Positions 9,110 to 18,823 of a DNA stretch of 24,920 bases are shown piece after piece. Location of the stretch: assembly GCA_964629605.1 (NCBI GenBank), contig CAZVRM010000001.1, positions 1-24,920 of the forward strand. The letters run 5' to 3'. Under the pieces are notes generated by a model that was given only the letters and a program-made list of their open reading frames with translations, ran no database searches and was not told the origin of the DNA. Both the position numbers and the translations under genes were made by a program. The DNA is from an uncultured Oscillospiraceae bacterium. Its GTDB lineage: Bacteria > Bacillota > Clostridia > Oscillospirales > Butyricicoccaceae. Positions within the stretch are counted from its first letter, which is position 1; every line of letters starts with the position of its first letter.

Positions 9110-10036
9110 TCACCTCATGGATGCCAGAATGGCAGCGCCTACCGCGTTGTCGCCCCCCAGCCCCTTTTGTGCAAACCACAGGTCGGGCTCTTTTGCAAAG
9201 GCCTGCTGCACCAGCGAGCACACCGAAACGCCGCCGGAAATGAGCACCGGCAGTTTTTCGGCCTTGCGGGCGTTTTTGGTGGCCTTGAGGATGGTCTGCG
9301 CCACGGTGTTCAGCACAAACCGACAGACGTCCTCCCGGCGCTCCCCGGCTTTGATGCGGGCTTCATACTGATTCTGCACGCCCGACAGAGAAAAGGCGCA
9401 GTCCTGCACCTTCACACGAAAAAAGTCTCCGCTGTCGCTTTGCAGCGCAGCCTGCTCCACATAAGGGCCGGCGGGAAAGGGCATTTCCAGTGCCACGCCC
9501 ACCCGGTCGATGAGCTGCCCTGCCGAAATATCCCGGGTGCCGCCGATGATGTCCGCCCGGATGATGCGCGCTTCCGAAGGCTCCACCCGCAAAAACTCGG
9601 TGGTGCCCCCCGACAGGTGCCAGGCCAAAAAGGGCGCTTTCAGCAAATCCAGCTTATCCACCGAAAAGGCGGCTGCCGCCAGATGCCCCTGCTGATGGGA
9701 AAACTCATACACCGGCACATTCATTGCCGCCCCCAGACACTGCGCCACGCACAGGCCTGCCAAAAAGCAGGGCATATAGGAATCCTCCAGATCCCGGGGA
9801 CGGGAGGAAACGCCAATGGCGGCGATCTCCCCCTCCAGCGCCCGGCAGGCCTCCTTTACCTGTGCAGGCAGCTGCTTCACGTGCTGAAACAGCGCGTCGC
9901 TCTGCCGCAGGCCCAAGGTTCCCAGCGGCACCTCCAGCAGCTTGCCGCAGGCGCGAAAAGACCCGTCCTCAGGACAATACAGCCCTGCGGAGGTCTTGTA
10001 ATTGCTGGTGTCCAGGCCCAGGTACAGCTTTCTCAT
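9110..10036 (-). CDS. TsaD/Kae1 (peptidase M22, ASKHA) family paralog, function uncertain
   Basis: 'LGLDTSNY', HxxxH 'HQQGH', 'LSGGTT', 'DISAGQLIDR', 'SGGV', 'DNA'; divergent from canonical TsaD motifs; ATGA overlap with nusB. Confidence 0.85.
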   Translation of the reverse strand: MRKLYLGLDTSNYKTSAGLYCPEDGSFRACGKLLEVPLGTLGLRQSDALFQHVKQLPAQVKEACRALEGEIAAIGVSSRPRDLEDSYMPCFLAGLCVAQCLGAAMNVPVYEFSHQQGHLAAAAFSVDKLDLLKAPFLAWHLSGGTTEFLRVEPSEARIIRADIIGGTRDISAGQLIDRVGVALEMPFPAGPYVEQAALQSDSGDFFRVKVQDCAFSLSGVQNQYEARIKAGERREDVCRFVLNTVAQTILKATKNARKAEKLPVLISGGVSVCSLVQQAFAKEPDLWFAQKGLGGDNAVGAAILASMR

Positions 10037-10476
10037 GCCTTGATTTCTTTTTCCACGAAGGCGCCCATGATGCCGTTGATAAAGCCGGCAGATTCCTCAG
10101 AATCATACTGCTTAGCCAGCTCCAGTGCCTCGTTGACCGAAGCGCCCACGGGAATGCTCATATACAGCACCTCATACATACACAGGCGCAGGATGCACTT
10201 GGAGATACGGGAAATACGGGCGATGTTCCAGCCCTTGCTGTACTTTTCGATGTAGTCGTCCAGCTCGTACAGATGCTCCATCACGCCGGTGACGGCACGC
10301 TGGATGTACTCCTGCTGATTCTCCGAGGGCATCTTCTTGTAAAGATCGTACTCGCTCTCCAGCGACTGGAAGTTTTCCTCGTTTACGTCCTCCAGCAGCT
10401 GTGCGCCGCGGTTTCCGGTGTACTCGCCGGCAAAGATCAGATGGAGTACCAGTTCTCTTGCTTCTCGTCTGTTCAT
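10033..10476 (-). CDS. nusB: Transcription antitermination factor NusB
   Basis: 'MNRREARE', 'WNIARIS', 'ILRL..YE', 'VNEALELAKQY', 'FINGIM'; GGGAGG RBS. Confidence 0.95.
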   Translation of the reverse strand: MNRREARELVLHLIFAGEYTGNRGAQLLEDVNEENFQSLESEYDLYKKMPSENQQEYIQRAVTGVMEHLYELDDYIEKYSKGWNIARISRISKCILRLCMYEVLYMSIPVGASVNEALELAKQYDSEESAGFINGIMGAFVEKEIKA

Positions 10477-10510
10477 AGACAAGCCTCCCACTTTTTATCT
10501 GAAAATATAT

Positions 10511-10534
10511 ATTATAATCTAATCTTATATTATA
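10511..10534 (-). promoter_or_regulatory. Probable promoter of the nusB-to-recN operon
   Basis: Two TATAAT hexamers (10534-10529 and 10516-10511) in an AT-rich tract; no good -35 found. Confidence 0.45.
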
Positions 10535-10601
10535 CACTGATTTCCCCAAAAAGAAAGGGATTTTCGGCCTTTTTTCTGAAATTTCTTCCGCTTCGATGCA
10601 T

Positions 10602-10635
10602 AAAAAAGACTCTCCGCACACAGGGTGGGAGAGTC
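10602..10635 (-). terminator. Intrinsic terminator after the Asp23 gene
   Basis: GACTCTCC/GGAGAGTC inverted repeat followed on the minus strand by TTTTTT. Confidence 0.8.
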
Positions 10636-10651
10636 GGCATTTTGATTTACA

Positions 10652-10990
10652 TTATCTGGTTGCTACACCGGCCACAAAAACGTTGACAGAGGCCACTTCG
10701 ATGCCCACGGTACCGTCCACGGCGGTCTTGACGGCGGTCTGCACGTCCTTTGCCACCTGAGAGATCACGTGACCCACACTGACCAGCACGTGCACATCAA
10801 TGGAGCAGATGCCGATTTCGCTGAGATTCACCAAAACGCCCTTGACGGTGGACTGGGCGGTGACTGCCAGCGACGAAACACCCGCTACCGCCAGCGCGGC
10901 CTGTGCGGCGATCTCAGCAACAGCGTGGAAGGACACGCGGATGATTCCATCCTCCTCCTGCATATCCAGATATTCCTTATGTTCGGCCAT
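10652..10990 (-). CDS. Asp23/Gls24 family envelope stress protein (YqhY-like)
   Basis: 'GIIRVS..AVAEIA..AALAVAGV', 'VQTAVK..V..TVGIEVASVNVFV.G'; typical position before nusB. Confidence 0.88.
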   Translation of the reverse strand: MAEHKEYLDMQEEDGIIRVSFHAVAEIAAQAALAVAGVSSLAVTAQSTVKGVLVNLSEIGICSIDVHVLVSVGHVISQVAKDVQTAVKTAVDGTVGIEVASVNVFVAGVATR

Positions 10991-11020
10991 TGGATCAGCC
11001 CCTTTCCCTCGAATGGGACT

Positions 11021-11049
11021 ATTTTACCCTATTTTCCTCTGTTTGGCAA
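11021..11049 (-). promoter_or_regulatory. Sigma-A-type promoter of the Asp23 gene
   Basis: TTGCCA-17 nt-TAAAAT. Confidence 0.65.
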
Positions 11050-11068
11050 GGAAATTATCTGTAAACGA

Positions 11069-11629
11069 TCAGTTGGCCTCGGTTTCCATGATTTTGATGG
11101 CATCAGCAGTGACCCCGGCCTCGCTGATGACGATGTCCCGGATACGCGCCACGTCGGCATCAGAAAGACCGTTTTCGGTCTTGGATACGATGACATTCAC
11201 GCCGCCGTCGTTGACAAAGGTAACGCAGTCCTCATAGCCCTTGGCAATGACCAGATTTTCGATGCGGGACTCCACCACGGCGTTGCCTGCCATCACCTGG
11301 ATCCCGGTGCTGGCTGCCGTGCGGGCTTCCTCGGTGGCCGTTTCGCTTTCGGCAGTTTTGGTGAGGATGTTCACCGCCTCGTCCCGTGCCTGCTGACGGG
11401 ACAGGCGAGCCTGGGAGAAATATTCTCCGCCGGTCTGTGCCGCCAGTCCAGCCGTGCCCTCCTCTTCCATACTGTCCACCAGAATGGACTCTCCCAGCAC
11501 CTTGCCGTCGGCCTGGTAGTCGGTGGCGCTGCCGTAATCCTCGTCGGTCTTGGTGTAATACCAGTTGAGATAGACCGCCAGGCAGAGCATCAACGCCACC
11601 ACAGAATAAATCGCGCCTCGTTTTTTCAC
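11069..11629 (-). CDS. spoIIIAH: Stage III sporulation protein AH
   Basis: N-terminal TM 'LAVYLN', 'YFSQARLSR', 'IENLVIAKGYEDCV'; GTG start 8 nt after AGGAGG. Confidence 0.92.
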   Translation of the reverse strand: MKKRGAIYSVVALMLCLAVYLNWYYTKTDEDYGSATDYQADGKVLGESILVDSMEEEGTAGLAAQTGGEYFSQARLSRQQARDEAVNILTKTAESETATEEARTAASTGIQVMAGNAVVESRIENLVIAKGYEDCVTFVNDGGVNVIVSKTENGLSDADVARIRDIVISEAGVTADAIKIMETEAN

Positions 11630-11641
11630 AGTCAAAGCCTC

Positions 11642-12163
11642 CTATTGTTTCATTTTTGATATGACGATCCGATCGGCCGAAAGACCGGTCAGCGACTGGA
11701 TCACCTGGGTCACTGCCAGCCGAACGGCGGCGCTGTCGCCGCCCTGACAGACCACCACCGCGCCCCGGTACACCGGTGCCTGCTGCCGGAGAGACACCGG
11801 GCTTTGTCCGCCGCTGTCCGAAAGGGTCACCAGCTCCCGCTGCTGATTCTGGCTGGCGCTGTCTCCCTGCTGGCTGCGGGATTCGGTGCGGTCATAGGCG
11901 TAGACGGTCTCCGCGCCGCTTTCCACCGTCAGCAGCACGCTGGCCTCCCCCACCCCGTCTATTTGCTGCAGGATGGCGCAGATGCGGGCTTCCAATGCGG
12001 CGGTCTCCTCCAGCGCTGCCTGTGATTCATCCGATACCGTTTTGGTCTGTCCATCGCTTTGCGGCCACAGCAGGAGCACCACCCCTGCCAGCAGCACCAG
12101 CAGGATGTACTTATACTTATCGAACAGCCCTTGCAAATATGCCGGAAGTTGGGGCATTTTCAT
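11642..12163 (-). CDS. spoIIIAG: Stage III sporulation protein AG
   Basis: TM segment, 'ILQQIDGVGEASVLLT', 'YRGAVVVCQGGDS..VR', 'RIVISKM'; ATGA overlap with AF. Confidence 0.9.
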   Translation of the reverse strand: MKMPQLPAYLQGLFDKYKYILLVLLAGVVLLLWPQSDGQTKTVSDESQAALEETAALEARICAILQQIDGVGEASVLLTVESGAETVYAYDRTESRSQQGDSASQNQQRELVTLSDSGGQSPVSLRQQAPVYRGAVVVCQGGDSAAVRLAVTQVIQSLTGLSADRIVISKMKQ

Positions 12164-12636
12164 GGGTTCTCTTCCTCCTGAATGATGATTTGCCCGGGAT
12201 TTGTGCCAAGCTGGGCGCAAAAACGCTGCCGCAGCGGCTCCAGCTGCTCCCGGGAACCGCTGTGATAAACCACCGTCACCTGCTGCACGGTGACCTGCCC
12301 ATCTTGATCGGCAACGCATATGACCGCAACCGAGCAGGTCAGTCCCAGCCTGGCGGCCTGCTTTTCCAGTTCCGCGGCAAGCTGTGCTTCGGTCTGCGCC
12401 AGCTGCGCCTGCCGAGTCTGGCTTTGCGCCTCCTCCACCTGCTGCCGCACCTGCTCCTCGTACCACTGGGTGTCCAGCGCAGGCAGCTGGGTCTGCCGCA
12501 GGATGGACAGCAGCACCACCACCATCAGACAGGCGCAGCCAAAGCGCAAAAGCTCCTTCTGTGCCCCGCCTGCCAGCGTCAGAATCCCGGCACACAGCAG
12601 CCCCGCTGTCACCAGCTTGAGCACCGCCGCTGTCAT
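12160..12636 (-). CDS. spoIIIAF: Stage III sporulation protein AF-like membrane protein
   Basis: Two N-terminal TM helices followed by a soluble domain; lies between AE and AG with coupled overlaps. Confidence 0.75.
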   Translation of the reverse strand: MTAAVLKLVTAGLLCAGILTLAGGAQKELLRFGCACLMVVVLLSILRQTQLPALDTQWYEEQVRQQVEEAQSQTRQAQLAQTEAQLAAELEKQAARLGLTCSVAVICVADQDGQVTVQQVTVVYHSGSREQLEPLRQRFCAQLGTNPGQIIIQEEENP

Positions 12637-13700
12637 GTGCCGGTCACCGTCATGCTCACCACGATGGTGATAAACTGCACGGCACAGCAGGCCGTCAGGA
12701 TGCCGATGAGCATGGAATAGGCCTGGGACAACGCATCCAGCATGGTCTTACAGCCCCCTTCCGCAAAGGATGCCGCAAACACCGACAGCACCCGAAACAC
12801 CAGCAGATGACACACCCCCTGCAGGAAGGGTGCCAGACAGATGGCCGCCGCCCCCAGAAAGCCCACAAGCCCTACCCCCGCCCGCAGCAGGGATGCCCCG
12901 GCCAGAATGGTCTCGGATGCCCCCGAAATCACGCTGCCCACCAGCGGCACGGCGCTGGACAGGCTTTGGGCGGTGCGCACGGCGGCTGCATCTGCCGTAC
13001 CGGTGACCAGCCCGGTAAAGGACAGATAGGCAAAATAGGCCGTAAGAAACACCTTGAAAAAGGTGTTGATGCCCCATTTCCCCACCGCTGCTGCCTGATG
13101 GAGCGCACCGTTTTCCGAAAGGATGCCGCCGTAGACCAGCAGCAGGTACATGGTCACCGCAGGCAAAAAGAGTTGTCGGGACAGGGTGAGCACCAGCTGG
13201 GAAAAGAGCATGGCCGCCCCTGCCGTGGCAACCGCGCTGGCCGGACGGCCTGCCGCAGCCGAAGCGGCGGCAAACACCCCAAACAGCACCTTGGAAAAGG
13301 TGTCCAGATGTCCGATGGCGGTACGGCAATGTTCCAGCAGCGCGCCGTTTTGCTGCAGCGCCAGCGCTAAAATAGCGGTAGCTCCGGCAAGCTCGGGCGC
13401 TTTTGCAGGCAGCGCCGTTCCGGCGCTTTTGGCAAAGCTGTGCAGCAGAGACAGCAGCAGACAGACAGCGGTCATCAAAAAAGCCGACTGCATGGCGGTT
13501 TTCAAGCCCTGTCGCAGCAGGATCTTTGCCGCCTGCCACAAGGCCGAAAAGCCGCCCTGCACATCCACGCTGTCGGGGGACACCTGCTGCAGAATATCGG
13601 CGGCCTCCGGGGGCAGCGCCTGCTTCAGCTTTCCGGTATCCACCGCCCGACAGGGGGTGCACAGACACAGCGCCAGCACCAGTGCCAACAGCCCCCTCAT
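12633..13700 (-). CDS. spoIIIAE: Stage III sporulation protein AE
   Basis: Polytopic membrane protein; 'VPLVGSVISGASETI...LLR.GVG'; ATG at 13700 overlaps the AD stop. Confidence 0.88.
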   Translation of the reverse strand: MRGLLALVLALCLCTPCRAVDTGKLKQALPPEAADILQQVSPDSVDVQGGFSALWQAAKILLRQGLKTAMQSAFLMTAVCLLLSLLHSFAKSAGTALPAKAPELAGATAILALALQQNGALLEHCRTAIGHLDTFSKVLFGVFAAASAAAGRPASAVATAGAAMLFSQLVLTLSRQLFLPAVTMYLLLVYGGILSENGALHQAAAVGKWGINTFFKVFLTAYFAYLSFTGLVTGTADAAAVRTAQSLSSAVPLVGSVISGASETILAGASLLRAGVGLVGFLGAAAICLAPFLQGVCHLLVFRVLSVFAASFAEGGCKTMLDALSQAYSMLIGILTACCAVQFITIVVSMTVTGT

Positions 13701-14092
13701 ATACCCAGCGCTCCCATCATGGTCAGTGCCTGTTTTGCCAGCGGCAGCAGGCACAAAAGCGATGCCGTACCGCCGCACAGCTCCAGCTTGGCAGCCAGCG
13801 CCCGCTCTCCCGCATCCCGGCAAAGCTCGGCGGAAATCCGGGTGACTTGGGTGACGGCAAGCACCTTCAATAATGGTAAAAACAGCCCGGCATCCAGCCC
13901 GGTTTGGGTCAAAAGCTGCTGAAATTGCTGCCAAAGGGCTCGCAGGCCGGGAAACAGCAGGCCAAACAGCACCAAAAGACCGCTGACACTCACCAAAAGC
14001 GCCACCGCCGGAGTTTTCCCCCGGATGAGCTGTGCCGTCAGCGCCGCCACCGCCGTCACCAGCAGGATTTTTCCAAACACCCCGCCGCTCAT
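13697..14092 (-). CDS. spoIIIAD: Stage III sporulation protein AD
   Basis: 'LLKVLAV....AELCRDAGERALAAKLELCG'. Confidence 0.92.
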   Translation of the reverse strand: MSGGVFGKILLVTAVAALTAQLIRGKTPAVALLVSVSGLLVLFGLLFPGLRALWQQFQQLLTQTGLDAGLFLPLLKVLAVTQVTRISAELCRDAGERALAAKLELCGGTASLLCLLPLAKQALTMMGALGI

Positions 14093-14283
14093 AGGCCAAA
14101 GGTGGTCTTGATCAGCTGAAACAGGTCGCTGATCTCTCCGATGAGGATCATCATCACCACGATCAGCCCCGCAAGGGTGGTCATCATGGCCTGTTCCTCC
14201 CGTCCCGAGCGGATGAGCAGCTGGTTGAGCACCGCCACTAAAATCCCGATGGCGGCTACCTTAAAAATCAGATCCACGTCCAT
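14089..14283 (-). CDS. spoIIIAC: Stage III sporulation protein AC
   Basis: 64 aa 'MDVDLIFKVAAIGILVAVLNQLL.RSGREEQAMMTTLAGL'. Confidence 0.96.
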   Translation of the reverse strand: MDVDLIFKVAAIGILVAVLNQLLIRSGREEQAMMTTLAGLIVVMMILIGEISDLFQLIKTTFGL

Positions 14284-14294
14284 AGTCGTTCCTC

Positions 14295-14765
14295 TTACAA
14301 CACCGCCAGCGCCGCCATCAGCCCAAAGGCCAGCGGCACCGTCCGGTACAGATTTCCTTTTTCGGCAAGCTCCCGGGAGAGGGTCTCCCGCTGTTCCTGC
14401 AGCTGGTGCAGGGCATTGGCACAGGCGTTGGCCTGCGTGGTACTGTCGTAACGACCCAGACTGCAGGAAAGCTGCTCCAGCGTCCCGGCAGTTTGGGGCA
14501 GCTCCCCTTCCAGCCTTTGCAGCAACGGTCGGGCGGCCTGCTGCATGGTCATGCCTCGGCGCACATCGGCAGCAAGCTTGTGCTGTCCCAGCTGCTCCAA
14601 CAATTCGGGAAGGGGCGGATTCCGCTGCAAAAGCTCGGTCTGCAGCTGCCGCAGTTTTTCACAAAGGCTGTCCAACAGGGCGATCCGGCGGCGCAGGCTT
14701 CCGATTTTTGCCAGTCCTATACCGCCGCAGGCGCCCACCAGCAGCAGCGCTCCCAGCCACCTCAC
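14295..14765 (-). CDS. spoIIIAB: Stage III sporulation protein AB
   Basis: N- and C-terminal TM segments, 'PLPELL', 'LGRYD...Q', 'LYRT'; lies between AA and AC. Confidence 0.88.
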   Translation of the reverse strand: MRWLGALLLVGACGGIGLAKIGSLRRRIALLDSLCEKLRQLQTELLQRNPPLPELLEQLGQHKLAADVRRGMTMQQAARPLLQRLEGELPQTAGTLEQLSCSLGRYDSTTQANACANALHQLQEQRETLSRELAEKGNLYRTVPLAFGLMAALAVL

Positions 14766-15658
14766 AGCAAGCCCTCCACAGGTGCTACCCGATAGGTGCG
14801 TTTGCCTCCCTGCCGCCCGATGAGCACCACCCGGTCAAAAAGCCGCGCCTCCAACAGCCGCCGATAGGCCGGACGGCGGTGCAGATCGGAAAGGCTCTCC
14901 CCGTGAGCGGTGGCAAGCAGACTGCAGCCACAGCCTGCACAATCCAGCAGACAGCCGCAGTCGCTCTCCCGGGTGATCTCGTCCACCGCAAGGATCTGGG
15001 GCGACATGGCGCGCAGCAGCATGGGGATGGTGTCCCGCTTGTGCCCACCCGAAAGCACATCACAGCTGCCGATGCGAAACCGGGGCTGCCCATTGGCGCA
15101 GGCGGCGATCTCGTATCGCTCGTCGGCGATGGCCACCCGAAAATGCCGGGAAAGCCCCCGGCAGACCTCCCGCAGCAGGGTGGTCTTGCCGCTGCCGGGA
15201 GCACCCAAAATCAAGGTATTGGCAAAGGTTTCCCCATCCGCCAGCTGCAAGCCCTCCCCCAGTCCGTTCACCTGCCGGGCGATGCGCACATTCACCGAGG
15301 AAAGTCCCCGCAGCAGACGCTTTTCCCCGTCGGGCGCCTGACTGCAGATGCCCAAGCGGTGTCCATGCCGTGTGGTGAGAAATCCCTGCCACAGCTGTTC
15401 CAGATAGGTATGTACCGAACATTCGGTGGCCTTTGCCAGCAGCTCGTCCAGCTCCTCTGCCGTGGGGCAAACCATCCCCTCTCCCAGCAAAACGGCCTGT
15501 CCCGCCACGGTGGCCATCAGCGGACGACCCAGCCGCACCCGAAACTCCTCGCACTGCAGCCGCTGGTCATCACGCAGCGAATAGGCTGCCTTCCACAGCC
15601 GCTCGGGCAGCAGCGCCGCCGCCGTATGAAAGCTCTTCAAAAAATCCATGTCCTGCAT
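14762..15658 (-). CDS. spoIIIAA: Stage III sporulation ATPase AA
   Basis: 'EEFRVRLGRP', 'GFLTTRHGHRLG', Walker A GAPGSGKTT, 'DERYEIA', 'SPQILAVDEI', 'ATAHG'; ATG 8 nt after AGGAGG. Confidence 0.95.
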   Translation of the reverse strand: MQDMDFLKSFHTAAALLPERLWKAAYSLRDDQRLQCEEFRVRLGRPLMATVAGQAVLLGEGMVCPTAEELDELLAKATECSVHTYLEQLWQGFLTTRHGHRLGICSQAPDGEKRLLRGLSSVNVRIARQVNGLGEGLQLADGETFANTLILGAPGSGKTTLLREVCRGLSRHFRVAIADERYEIAACANGQPRFRIGSCDVLSGGHKRDTIPMLLRAMSPQILAVDEITRESDCGCLLDCAGCGCSLLATAHGESLSDLHRRPAYRRLLEARLFDRVVLIGRQGGKRTYRVAPVEGLL

Positions 15659-15677
15659 TTTCTCATCCTCCTGTGAC

Positions 15678-15708
15678 AAGGTATGTGCGGCCTGTCCGTT
15701 TCAGAACA
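15678..15708 (-). promoter_or_regulatory. Probable sigma-E promoter of the spoIIIA operon
   Basis: -10-like CATACCTT (15685-15678) with TTCTGAA upstream; spoIIIA is known to be sigma-E dependent in Bacillus and Clostridia. Confidence 0.55.
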
Positions 15709-15713
15709 GAAAA

Positions 15714-15868
15714 AAAGACCTGCTGCAAAATGCAAGCCTGTCATTGCGAACCGTTCGGCAGAACGGTGCGGCAATCCGTTTTCTCCAAAAGGGGGGTACG
15801 GATTCCCACGCCAGTGTGTTCACTGGCTCGGAATGACAAGGTATCTGTGCATTTTGCAACAGGCCTTT
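15714..15868. repeat. Palindromic multi-arm intergenic element, copy 1
   Basis: 21 bp terminal inverted repeat (19/21 match: 15714-15734 vs 15848-15868) enclosing TGTCATTGCGA...TCGGAATGACA and three internal hairpins; homologous to 20132-20291. Confidence 0.88.
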
Positions 15869-15884
15869 GTCGCTGTCTGTCATT

Positions 15885-16619
15885 TTATCGTGTGCCGGTC
15901 ATGCGCTGCTCCTGCCGCAGATATTCCTCTGCCACGGCAAACAGCTCGCTGTTGGTGGGGCGCTCCCGAAAGAGCTGCCGCTGCAAAAGATAGCCCTTTC
16001 GCTGCCATGCGGCAACGATGGCGCTGCGGATGGCGCGCTCCACATTCACGGCGGTGGTCTGATAGCGTTCGGCAATGGCGGGATACAGCCATTTGGTGAC
16101 GCACAGTCCCAGACTGGACTCCTCCACCAGCAGCTGCAGGCCGTAGCGGATATAGGAAAAGCCCTTGCAGCGCATGGTCAAACCCAACTCCCGCAGCAGG
16201 CGGCACCGCTCGGTGTCGGCATCCTCCCGGCGCAGGAACGGTTTGCACACCAGCTCCCTGCAGCAGGATTGAATGTGCTGGGTCAGCGCCTGCAGGTCAC
16301 AGGGCAGCGCCGTAAAGAAACAGGGGCGCAGCTGACACAGCTCCTCCTGCATCCGGGGCGTCAGATAGCCGCTGAGCACCATCACCTGGGGCTGCACCGG
16401 CAAATCCATGGCGCGAATGGCGGCAAAGGCCGCAAGACCATCCTTTTGGGGCAGCATCAGATTGAGCACCACCAGCTCCGGCTGCCAGCTTTCCACCCGT
16501 TGGATGAGGGTCACACCGTCATGCACCGTTTCCAGCTGTGCCGAGGGCATGACTGTCCCCATCCGGTATTCCAACATCTCGCAAAAGTCCCGATCTGCAT
16601 CCGCAATGATGATCCTCAT
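15885..16619 (-). CDS. Spo0A-family regulator with degenerate (pseudo-)receiver domain and Spo0A C-terminal DNA-binding domain
   Basis: C-terminal 'KGFSYI', 'VTKWLYPAIA', 'TTAVNVERAIR', 'PTNSE'; receiver 'IADAD', 'VVLNLMLPQKDG', 'FFTALP'. Confidence 0.88.
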   Translation of the reverse strand: MRIIIADADRDFCEMLEYRMGTVMPSAQLETVHDGVTLIQRVESWQPELVVLNLMLPQKDGLAAFAAIRAMDLPVQPQVMVLSGYLTPRMQEELCQLRPCFFTALPCDLQALTQHIQSCCRELVCKPFLRREDADTERCRLLRELGLTMRCKGFSYIRYGLQLLVEESSLGLCVTKWLYPAIAERYQTTAVNVERAIRSAIVAAWQRKGYLLQRQLFRERPTNSELFAVAEEYLRQEQRMTGTR

Positions 16620-16654
16620 ATTCCCACACCTGATTTCTCTCTTTTTCCGCTTCT

Positions 16655-16683
16655 ACCATAACATAGGGAAAAAGCGGATTCAA
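16655..16683 (-). promoter_or_regulatory. Sigma-A-type promoter of the Spo0A-like gene
   Basis: TTGAAT-17 nt-TATGGT with TGn extension. Confidence 0.55.
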
Positions 16684-16690
16684 CCGTTTT

Positions 16691-16707
16691 TTCGCCACTT
16701 TTTGTCA
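16691..16707 (-). promoter_or_regulatory. Tandem 0A-box-like sites
   Basis: Minus strand TGACAAA-AAG-TGGCGAA: one 6/7 and one 7/7 match to TGNCGAA, with a 3 nt spacer. Confidence 0.5.
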
Positions 16708-16717
16708 TCATTTTCCG

Positions 16718-16763
16718 ATAAAAATCGCGCATTTCCGGCACTTTACCCAAGGAAATGCGCGAT
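16718..16763 (-). terminator. Intrinsic terminator after ligA
   Basis: 13 bp perfect inverted repeat ATCGCGCATTTCC/GGAAATGCGCGAT followed on the minus strand by a T-tract. Confidence 0.7.
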
Positions 16764-16775
16764 GTTTTGTGCAAA

Positions 16776-18761
<1,986 letters not shown>

Positions 18762-18789
18762 CTACACACTCCTGTTGCAGAATACAGTG

Positions 18790-18818
18790 ATTATACCACG
18801 ATTTTGCCCGTCAGGCAA
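18790..18818 (-). promoter_or_regulatory. Sigma-A-type promoter of ligA
   Basis: TTGCCT-17 nt-TATAAT with TGn extension. Confidence 0.75.
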
Positions 18819-18823
18819 CGATT

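Noticed and set aside
12310..12345. Internal sigma-E promoter for spoIIIAG within spoIIIAF
   Set aside because: Only a CATATG core was found, without the terminal T or a clear -35; not supportable from the sequence.
12163..14099. Long N-terminal extensions given by the ORF track for spoIIIAE and spoIIIAG (likewise xseB, tlyA, the DppF-like ATPase, DUF2284)
   Set aside because: They overlap upstream genes or promoters; downstream starts have an RBS and/or ATGA coupling.
14141..15676. 511 aa plus-strand ORF
   Set aside because: Antisense to spoIIIAA-AC, low-complexity Ala/Pro/Gln-rich, no domain evident.
15648..16099. Short ORFs across palindromic element copy 1 (and 20081-20491, 20145-21107 across copy 2)
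   Set aside because: They are translations of the repeat or antisense to real genes, with no convincing RBS.
15885..16619. Calling this gene canonical spo0A, or a pseudogene
   Set aside because: The phospho-acceptor Asp and conserved Lys are missing, so it is not canonical. The ORF, RBS and promoter are intact, so it is not an evident pseudogene.
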